DNA of 58,558 bases. Source: Phoronis australis (lineage: Eukaryota; Animalia; Phoronida). Location of the stretch: the NCBI GenBank assembly GCA_002633005.1, contig NMRA01000710.1:129960-188517 (forward strand). The letters run 5' to 3'. Made by a program: the position numbers and the translations under genes. This document shows, one piece after another, positions 49,278 to 58,558 of this stretch. Every line of letters starts with the position of its first letter. Position 1 is the stretch's first letter. The notes under the pieces are model-generated. The model was not told the DNA's origin. It saw only the letters and a list, made by a program, of their open reading frames with translations, and did not search any database.

Positions 49278-52200
49278 TGGCAGCTGCTTTAAAAGCCTAC
49301 GCAATACAAGAACTTGAAAGACCATTGTTTGATAAGCTGCTGATAATGCTCGGCAATTTTCATACGGAGCTGGCTTTTTATGGAGCTGTTGGAACCATGA
49401 TAAATGGAAGTGGCATAGAGTTCCTACTTTCAGAGACTGGTATCTTGGCAGAAGGGTCTATGATGGGCTTCATTAAAGGAAAATTCTACAACAGGTGCAC
49501 TCGGGTTCACGAGCTTCTTGCTAACGTTTTGGAGGGCAAGATGTACCAAAAATTTCTGCATCACTTGGTTCCGAAGGAATATGAATCGTTCCTTACGGTT
49601 ATGACCGCAGTCCCTTCAGATCCAGAAAAAAATAGAGGCAAACCTTGATGATCCTGTGATCACTCAGCATCTCCAGAAATATGAAGATTTCTTTCACACG
49701 GTGATTAATGGCAAATATGGCAAAACTGCTCAGTTTTGGGCAACCTACATCTTTTTCATAAACCGCGCGCACAGAGATCTCCAGAGATGCGTCAAGACCA
49801 ATGACGTCAGTGGTTATATCAACATTTTCCCGACAATGCTAGATGTATTATTTGCCCTGAACCGCCCAAACTACGCCAGATGGGGAACGTTGTTTTACCA
49901 AAAATTGAAATTTGCAGATCCACACTTCCGCGAAGTGCTGGAAAACGGAGCGTTTTCAGTGTGACGTACTAGGAACAACTTCAGTAGATCGGCTATTGAC
50001 CTCTCTTTGGAACAGTCCGTCAACAGCAGCATCGAGCATGACAGGGATAGTGGTTTTCCGCAACTCAGAGAATGCAATGCGTTGATGGTCCCTCTCTATG
50101 ACACAAAGGGCAATGGCTGTAACAGAACTTAGGACATTTGCAGGACTTGAAATCGGGGAGAATGCAAAGAGTCAGTGCAGTCCTTCAAGAATCAAAAAAG
50201 ATAACGAACAGATGGCATCACTCAGTGTCAAAATCGACAATTTCTGCAATCCGTTTGAGAACAATGCTCCACCGGTTCTGATTAATATCGCAACTGGCCA
50301 AGCAGCATCCCAAGCAACGGAAGACTACATGTACCTGATCAATACGCTTAGCCGAGGCCATGATGCGAGGGAAAAATTCCAACAGGAATGGCAAAATGAC
50401 AGCAGTAGGTTTCTTCGACCAGTTAAACGTACAGCTGTCCAAAATTTCGCAGCTGAAAGCGTGAAGAATAAAGCCAAGTCATCGGCCTCCCAGAGAAACA
50501 AGACAGACGCAGAGAGTCTAAGAGATTTGTTCATACGCATAGTCGTAGTTGTAGCAGAGAGGGCAGATTTCGATCTTCGACAACTTCTCTCACACCCTGT
50601 CACACCTTATCCATTAGCACTTGCTCACTGCGATGCAGCGCTCTTCAAAACAGAAAAGTCTGCTTTGCTGAAAAAACTTGAATTGTTCCAGACAGAACCT
50701 ATAACAGATGGAGATTTTCTACACGACTACGTGAAGGTTTTTGATGGCGGACTTCTACATTCAGTCATCTCACAGACGAAAATAGGTGCAAGTTACGAAT
50801 CAGTTGCACGATCGATGTTATCAGTGGTCTGTTCGGGGAGGGCAGAGGAAGCTCACTTGTGTCTAGACAAGTACGTAGAAAACTCAATTTAGGACAGTGA
50901 ACGGAAACATCGCGGGGAATTTAATTCCATGTATGCCATAACAGGACCTGATCAAACTATGCGACAGAGCTCACAAACACTTCTGAACAACAGCGCGTTC
51001 AAGAATGACGGAATGGAGAAAAGACCATTATTGGCATATGTTTGGTGGGAAAACCTTGTTTGTTTCCCACGGTGGTGACTGCTACCAGTTCTTTCCCGAC
51101 GATAACCAGCAAATCATGGTGACAAAACCTGCCCATCTCCAAGGTGACCACGAGGAAGCAGATACGCTGATTGTGTTCCACGTCGCAAACATCCCAATCG
51201 GTCATGTTATGGTGAGGGCTTCAGATACAGATGTTTTAGTTATCTTGCTTGGTACACTCGGACAACAGCGGCGAGTAATAAGATCCACGACCAACGTTGT
51301 CATGGACTGTGGGATGGGAAATAACAGAAGATTTATCAACATTTCCGACATGGCAAACGTTCTTGAAGAGCGCAAGTACGTACTTGCCAGAGCAATGTCT
51401 AGATACCATGCCTTCACTGGATGTGACTACACATCTGCCTTTTATAGGTATGTTATCGAAATCTTGATTATTGCAGTAGTGACAAGAATTGAATGAATTC
51501 GATTATAGTGAGGAGAACTGATTGAATTCGATTAGCTGTGATTACGTCTGCCATGTAAATGAAGTCTAATGGTTGCCTCCTATAAATAAAAAAGATTTCT
51601 ATTATGAATTAATTGTACACGTGATTTCTTATTTTCTAGAAAAGACAAAATCAAGCCCTTGGACATTATTGAAAGTGATGAAAGGTTCATCAATATGTTC
51701 ACTAGTTTTGGAGATGTGCATGGCAGCATCGATGTCGGTTTAGTCGCTGAATTCGTATGTCACATGTACGCAAAAAGTAAGCTCAAAGATGTTAACGAGG
51801 CCCGGTTCGTCAAACTTATGGGTTTTACTGGCAAAGTTGCTGAGGTATGTAGTGATAACCTGTAAACAATATAAATATTCGATCTAATAATTTTTAACTA
51901 CCATCAAAGTCAGCTATGCTTATATTTTTTAATTTCCTTTCAGGAGAATCCAATTGCAAATTTAAAACGAATTGACTGTGCGTTGCTCCCACCTTGTCTT
52001 CGTATCCTGCAAATGAAGATTCGCCGGACTCAGTACGTCACAGCCCTATGGACCCGTGTCGCGACAGCATATCCCGGGGATGGATGACACCAACTGATTA
52101 TGGTTGGCATGCAACTGAAACTCACACACTTCTGCCAGTTTGGTTTGAGGGGTCCATTCTCCCTGACATATTGTTTAATTCGAATGCAGAAGTCAACAAC

Positions 52201-52990
52201 AGTAACCTTGGGAATGAAGCAACCAGCATTAGAGATAGTTCTTCTGAAGAACTGTCAGATTTCGAAGATGATCCATGGAGTGAAGACTCCGACTCTGACG
52301 AAAAAGATTAATTACGGCACTTTGGATTCGACTAAAACATGCACAGTGATTAAGTTGGGTCATTGGAATGAGATGAATATTGGTTATAGCGATAAGTCTC
52401 CTTTTATATTTTTGTGTTTGTTACCCATGTATGGTGTTCTCCAAAAAGGATGAAAAAACCTTTATGGCACCTGACATTTGGTTCATATAGTCGTCTTAGA
52501 GCTGTAACGTAGATAAAACACTCAGTTCATGTTGCGAACTTGTTATTCACATTGCTCGGGAATAACGAGTCCTAATAGTTTTTCAGTTAAGTTAGTTTGA
52601 TAAGCATTTTATTTGTCCGACACAGATATTCGGACAATAGAACTGTTCGCTTTATGTCTTCATGGTGCAATTAAAACAAGTTCAAATTGATTATCTATGG
52701 ATATGGTATACGGTGCTCAATCATCCTTGCGACGGCCCCAAGGATTCCTATTGGGTGAGGGGGTATGCAATCATTTTGTATCATCTCTTTTGTAAATCGT
52801 GACGGGTTTGCAGTTAAACTAAATAAAGCTTCTTGTTTATGTTTCACCAATTTATTTTTATTATTACTAGAGTAGGTGCATTGGAATAGGGAGAGTGGGG
52901 CATCTAATAAAAGGTCAACCGTGCATGGACCAAATCTCCACTTGATACTGCCCCACAGCGTTGTTGCATGTGGAGTGTTAATGGACATTA

Positions 52991-53753
52991 TGCAAATTGT
53001 TTCAAACGGTTTCCTGGTGGGTTGATCTACTTCAACTCGGGTATTTGGGCTTGGCTGGCGAGGCTAACCCATCACTAGATTTGTCTGGCAACGCTTATTC
53101 GTGATACCCGGGGCTACGGTAAATATTTCGCAACTGGTTTCGTGTGGTTACCTCTAGGATTGACCTAGCTCAATTTTAGTCCCTTTTGATAATCGTCTGG
53201 CAAGGGCACCCCACTGCAGAAATTGTCTGGCATGTAACTTTTATGCCATGCTCAGTGATGCTGAACATCGTGCAATTGGTTTCAAACGGTTACCTGAAGG
53301 ATTGATCTACCTCAATTCTGGTATTTGGGCGTGTCTGGCGGGGGTAACCCACCACTAGATTTGTCTGGCAGTGGTCATTCGTGATACCTGGGCTTACGGT
53401 GAATATTTTGCCACAGGTTTCAAGCTGTTACCTCTTGGATTGATCTAGCTCAATTTTTGTACCCTGTATATGTTCGTCTGGCGGGTAGTTCCCACCACTG
53501 AAATTGTCTGGCAGTGGCCAATTTTGATACAGTGGATTACGTAGTAGGTATCCAATGTAGTTTTAAGTAGTTACCAGAAAAGTTGATCTAGCTCAATTTT
53601 CGAGTGTCATTCTCTTGGCTCCCCTAACCACACCCACCAAAGCGAACCTGCCAGACTGCCATTTCCAAGCATCAGGATACCCATAGAGCACTGTGGCACC
53701 AAAGAAAATTGGTTACCTTTTCATGCCCAAAACAGTTCTGGGATCCCGGTCTA
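52991..53753 (-). repeat. Right TIR (~760 bp) of the Academ element
   Basis: Reverse complement of 42121-42857, with substitutions and an extra ~35-bp segment near 53265-53300. Confidence 0.92.
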
Positions 53754-54230
53754 TTTTGTCTATTGCCCAAAAAAATTTCAAGAAGTAGGTTATAACTTTG
53801 GAAGTGATAACTAGAACAAATTCATATATTGTCTTTCAAAACTACTTACGATTTCAAGTTATGGACGCTGCAGATTTAAACTATTTCATAAAATACATAA
53901 CGAACTCTTTTCGTAAAAAATTATCTCGGTGGACTCCGCTGTATGCAATTTCTGCCAGTCAGAAACTGAAACAGTAGATCACATCCTTTTCGAATGCAGT
54001 AAAAAGTATCCGTTGACAAAAAAGAACGATTTTTGCCTTGCCCATAAGTAAGGAAACTAAAATTTTAAATTGGATTCTTTTGCAATTAAAATATTTTATT
54101 TACGTATCTACGTGCAAAGTATAATCCACAGTTTCTGTCACTTTCTTAAGATGATAGAAAGAGAATTTTGTATTCAAAGAAGAATTTTATTAAATAATGG
54201 TAATTTAGATGAATACCATGTAACATTTTC
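53754..54230 (+). pseudogene. L1/Tx1-like LINE ORF2 remnant, 3' part (zf-RVT), continuing 41440-42120
   Basis: Reads VDSAVCNFCQSETETVDHILFECS and ILNWILLQLKYFIYVSTCK. Confidence 0.8.
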
Positions 54231-54729
54231 TTGACCACACCCTGCTAAAAGTGCGTGTGTTTTAATAGTGAGAATGGCTTGCTTTTTTGTATTTCATGTC
54301 TTTGTTTTTATGTTCTTTATACCAATACAAGATAAATTAAAATATAATAAAAAATAATAATACGCTCGCCTTAAGCAGAGTTTATCATCAAACAACAGTA
54401 CATTTTGGCGAGCACGCCAGGAGAACCTGAAATCATCTCGTATGGAAGAAGCAAAGTAAAAGAGAATAATTGTAATCATGAAAATAACAACATCAACAAA
54501 GAAGTCTCCACATTTACAAAAGAGTTAGTCAAGTTAATCGACACGTTTTCTAAATTAAATGACTAAATAAGTGTCCTCATTTCGGGAGAGCAATAGGAAA
54601 CAGAAATATTTTTAAATTGAAGGTACATTCAAAATAAGGACATTTTTTTCTTTACTTCAGAACATTAGAGCTCAACCGACCGGCTCAATCCTGTTCGCTC
54701 TGTTCGTCGGTTCTTTTCAATCCCCTATG

Positions 54730-55470
54730 CCGTGCGACTCCTTCAGCCCGGAAATAGAAAGAAACCAGAATTTCAAGGGTTAGTTTTTCGGCATTTGGCC
54801 TATCCAGTTGAGCATGAAAATGCCCGAGTTTCCCCGCCCACAGATAAAAGGCCTATTGCCGACAAACTTACCGTTGAAAGTGGTTTCTTTCCATTTCCCT
54901 GTCCTGCGCGACTCCCTCAGTCCGGAAATAGAACAAACCCGACTTAAAAGGTTAGGTTTCTGCAATCGATGTACCAATACGAGCGATTTTACCTACCCGA
55001 CGAGCGCGAAAATGCGCAAGTTTCCCCGCTCTATGGTAAAGGGCGATTGACGACAAGCTAATCGTTGAAAGTCGTGTTTTTTCCATTCCCCGACCAGGCT
55101 CAACTCCTTCAATCCGGAAACTGAAAAAACGACCTTCAACAGTCATTTTTTGGCAGTCGGTGAGAAATTCATGGGATTTTGGCATACCTAAAAAGTGCGA
55201 AAACTCGCGAGTTTTCCACGCCGCGAGGTAAAAGGCCTACTGCCTAAAAACTAAACTTTGAAATTAGTTTCTTTTTTCGCTCACCCCGCCCACCTCTATA
55301 AATCCGGAAACAGAAAGAAACCAGACTTTCAACTGTAAGTTCTTCGGCAATTGCCGCACCAACTCGTTCTACTTTGGCCTAACTGTTGAAAATCGAAATT
55401 GCATTTTTTTCATTTCCCTACCCCGCGCGCCTCCTTCGGTCCTGAAATAGAAAGACACCCGGCTTTCGAT
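54730..55470. repeat. Degenerate tandem repeat, ~140-190-bp units, each internally palindromic (~4.5 units)
   Basis: CTCCTTCAG.CCGGAAATAGAA-like anchors near 54738, 54911, 55103, 55293 and 55431; arms TTTCAAGGGTTAGTTTTTCGGCA / TGCCGACAAACTTACCGTTGAAA. Confidence 0.75.
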
Positions 55471-55969
55471 GGTACTTAAGGAGGCAAAGAACCATACTTT
55501 GTAAAACCGCTTCCACCTGAACACCAAACAGAACTGGTTGAAGGGAAGTTCTAATCTACACCTGCATACCCAACAGCATCTTCGAACTAGTTATTTACAT
55601 TAGTCCAAATTTGTTAAGTAACGTTACATGGTCAGTACACATGGACAAAAGATACACTTTCATCTAAGCAAAAAGTGCAAAATGAGCTATCAATTGCGGC
55701 AATCTTGTATAAAACTTCATTACAGCCTATAATTCTGTGAACCAGCCTAAATTGGGACCATCTCAGAGAAACAGCTTCGGTGAATGATTAAATGTAAGAA
55801 AAAACATTGTGCAACCACTATGTAGTATGCTAGAGATTTACTTTTTACCTCCACTGCTTCGTAGACCATAACATAAAGTTACTTGAGGGTGAAGTCAAAA
55901 TTCTATATAAACTCCTCATACTTAAGGAAACACCCAACAGAAGTCGTGTACATGAGTTATGCCTTTTGT

Positions 55970-56830
55970 AACCACTGTTTACAGAAAACAGGCTTCTTAT
56001 CTATTAAAATATTCGAATTAAACCACTGTTTACAGAAACCAGGCTTTTTATCTGTTAATATATTGGAATTAAACCACCGTTTACAGAAAACAGGCTTCTT
56101 ATCGATTAATATATTCCAATTAAACCACTGTTTACAGAAAATAGGCTTCTTATCTTTTAATATATTCGAATTAAGCAACTGTTTACAGGAAACAGGCTTC
56201 TTATCTATTAATATATTCGAATTAAACCACTGTTTACAGAAAACATGCTTCTTATCTATTAATATATCCGAATTAAGCCACTGTTTACTGAAAAGAGGCT
56301 TCTTGTCTATTAATATATTCGAATTAAACCACTGTTTACAGAAAACAGGCTTCTTGTCTATTAATATATTCGAATTAAACCACTGTTTACAGAAAACATG
56401 CTTCTTATCTATTAACATATTCGAATTAAGCAACTGTTTACAGGAAACAGGCTTCTTGTCTATTAATATATTCGAATTAAACCACTGTTTACAGAAAACA
56501 GGCTTCTTATCTATTAATATATCCGAATTAAGCCACTGTTTACTGAAAACAGGCTTCTTGTCTATTAATATATTCGAATTAAACCACTGTTTACAGAAAA
56601 CAGGCTTCTTGTCTATTAATATATTCGAATTAAACCACTGTTTACAGAAAACATGCTTCTTATCTATTAATATATTCGAATTAAGCCACTGTTTACAAAA
56701 AACAGGCTTCTTGTCTATTAATATATTTGAATTAAACCACTGTTTACAGAAAACATGCTTCTTATCTATTAATATATTGGAATTAAACCACTGTTTACCG
56801 AAAACAGGCTTCTTATCTATTAATATTCGA
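55970..56830. repeat. 51-bp minisatellite, ~17 copies
   Basis: Unit AACCACTGTTTACAGAAAACAGGCTTCTTATCTATTAATATATTCGAATTA, head-to-tail with no spacers. Confidence 0.97.
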
Positions 56831-56939
56831 CTTGAACCATAGAAGTTGATGATTATCATCGTTTGCAGGAACTAACAACTTGAATTGATGTGCACATTGA
56901 ACGACCTCTTTCCAAAACACATTAGAAGTCATTTGGGAC

Positions 56940-57520
56940 AACTTTGCTATTCAAATAGAAATCTTCCGAATAGTAATTTATTCTTTGAAACTCTTGGTAA
57001 CAGACAATTTGCTACAACTGCCCATTGACGTGTAGTACTTTGGCAGAGTAGTCTCAGAAACCAAGTCAAGTTACTGACTTTCATAACAGAAGTGACGCCA
57101 ATCATTCTGGCTCCACCAACATACTCTTTAGCCATAATCCTAAGACAATTTTTCGTTTTACCGTTCCATACAAAACAGTAAAACATTTCGTTTAGTTGCT
57201 TGATAAAGGCCTGTGAAGGGGACGAGAGACTTATAAAAAGATGAATAATTTTTGGCATAATTATGGATTTCACAACTGTTATTCTTTAAAAAGTGTCAAG
57301 TTATTTTACCAAGGTTGCTGTTACTATTAATGTCGGGAATTTTATTTGAATAACTGGAGAATTGAGCACGTAGCAAAATGAATTCTGATGTTGTCTTTTG
57401 CAGTTTTACGTCACAACACACTTTTTGATAGCTACCCTTCATAGAATCTATCCAAATCTAAGTTATTTTTTTCCAGATTAGGTTTTAGACCAATGTAATT
57501 TCGAAAATTGGTTTAAAGTG
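56940..57520 (-). pseudogene. L1/Tx1-like LINE ORF2 fragment (immediately post-RT)
   Basis: KSIIMPKIIHLFISLSSP..FIKQLNEMFYCFVWNGK..GGARM..LTWFLRLL. Confidence 0.8.
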
Positions 57521-57764
57521 TGAAGTGTTTTCCGCAGGGACTGCTCCAAGCCCTTTATAGACAGATTCCATTACGGAAACTTCCGAATTCCTGGGGAGCG
57601 CATTATTGAGGTCGGGCCATTGCTTGCATGCTAGACTTAACACTTGAGTCAGTATAGCCTGTCTGTAAAACCAACCTTCTGAGCTGGTGTGCCTGCTTGT
57701 GTTTTATATTTGGTAGAAGATCAGCTGAATTGAAATCATGGATAGGGGGTGAAACCTAAAGCCA

Positions 57765-58185
57765 GTACAAATCACACAATACTGCAAAGTATGTGGTGCA
57801 ATTGCACCAAAAATGGGTACACCATGTACGTTTCTAAAGCATTTGGCGGGGCAGTGGTAGTGACAAACACATTGTTAAAAATCTGGATTTCTGAAATAGC
57901 TTTTACCCAAAGAAAGAGGCTTTACTATTGATGAACTGGACTGTTTCCAAGGCGAGTTAATTTAAACATACCAGCTTTCACCAAAGGCAAGTCACACCTT
58001 AGTAAAAAAGTCTGTCGGACAAAAACATGACATATTTCCACAGTAAGAATCCATTTGGAGCGTGCAATTCGGAGACTTAAAAGTTTTCAAAATTATGAGT
58101 ACCAGCATTCCCGTGCAAAGCACAGAATCGATGGATAACTACTTGATTTTCTGCGCTGGGCTTGTGAACCTACGTGCTGATCTAT
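57765..58185 (+). pseudogene. PIF/Harbinger-ISL2EU type (DDE_Tnp_4-like) transposase remnant
   Basis: Across frameshifts: KSHNTAKYVV, YVSKAFGG..SDKHIVK.SGFL, RGFTI, LNIPAFTKGKSHL, ISTVRIHLERAIRRLK, FKIM...IP..MDNYLIFCAGLVNL. Confidence 0.8.
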
Positions 58186-58524
58186 CTGAGATCAAAATTT
58201 GGAAGACATGGACTAACTTCCAGAGTGTTTATGTTGCCCATTCCAAGTGGTAACATGTACTGTTTCAAGAAATTTTTGAAAATAAAATATACGCAACCGT
58301 GCAACAGTTTGCTCAACAAGGCTTTCACTGTGTAGCACATCTACGTTATAATAAAGTCATTGTCACGAACTTTATTAAAATTAAGGTGGTGCCTCTGTTT
58401 TGGCATAAATCAAATGTGATCAAGGTTATCGTCAGTTGTGTACAGAACTAGTTTTGCTTTATTATGGACAGAACAAAACATGGTTGTTGATACCATTTTT
58501 AAATGGACTGTTTGAATGTGGGTA

Positions 58525-58558
58525 TAGGGTTAGGGTTAGGGTTAGGGTTAGGGTTAGG
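58525..58558 (+). repeat. Perfect (TTAGGG)n run at the window end, G-strand pointing outward
   Basis: TAGGG(TTAGGG)4TTAGG running to the last base. Confidence 0.9.

Larger units (their letters stand above)
46093..52311 (+). pseudogene. Academ transposase with XPG/FEN-like nuclease domain; frameshifted, interrupted, two visible introns
   Basis: Motifs in order: YHPSCYRKYT, CIFC, DLIAKEAEY-YHKS, WDNND..ETLDG..TLHAT, VTYDLAAALKAYAIQ..LGNFH, NRPNYARW, HEEADT..RASDTDVLVIL..HAFTGCDYTSAFY, LLPPC..W..P.DYGW. GT-AG introns at 51448-51639 and 51845-51943 keep frame. Confidence 0.88.
42121..53753 (+). mobile_element. Academ-superfamily DNA transposon (AcademX type), 11.6 kb including nested inserts
   Basis: 5'-TAGACCGGGATCCCAG...CTGGGATCCCGGTCTA-3' termini; long TIRs; 3-bp TSD TTT (42118-42120 / 53754-53756), whose removal restores the host LINE frame CKNKILSIAQK; internal DDE+XPG-like protein. 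Confidence 0.85.

Noticed and set aside
48452-49648. Long ORFs of 266-398 aa
   Set aside because: They are mostly X from the N gap; only the part after 49278 is real (Academ transposase).
55883-56859. 319-aa and 300-aa repeat ORFs / possible CRISPR array
   Set aside because: Both ORFs are translations of a 51-bp head-to-tail minisatellite. There are no unique spacers or cas genes, and the DNA is eukaryotic.

Overview
Animal genomic DNA, probably a marine invertebrate (inference from the TE content and TTAGGG repeats), from a draft scaffold with one 764-N gap and two single Ns. Positions 1239-36206 (+) hold one complete CD9/CD81-type tetraspanin gene with four Cys in EC2 and all introns in phase 0. 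The ORF track only partly shows it. Its most interesting feature is modular splicing. Two tandem, homologous CCG-motif exons for the variable EC2 loop lie only 43 nt apart, and there are two (possibly three) homologous terminal exons for the end of TM4 and the cytoplasmic tail. The introns are filled with same-orientation Helentron-type non-autonomous repeats (HINE-like) carrying many CTCF-like motifs, a THAP-bearing P-superfamily derivative with a 7-bp TSD, and several MITEs. Downstream (37-58.5 kb) is a nested repeat field. It contains a Kolobok-type TTAA element inside a degenerate telomere-like tract and an 11.6-kb Academ (AcademX) transposon with ~740-bp TIRs. The Academ element has a decayed intron-containing DDE+XPG transposase, sits inside an L1/Tx1-like LINE and is itself invaded by two LINEs. 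Further on are a palindromic ~190-bp tandem repeat, a 51-bp minisatellite with higher-order structure, a Harbinger/ISL2EU transposase remnant and a terminal (TTAGGG)n run. All calls were made by eye; no searches were run.
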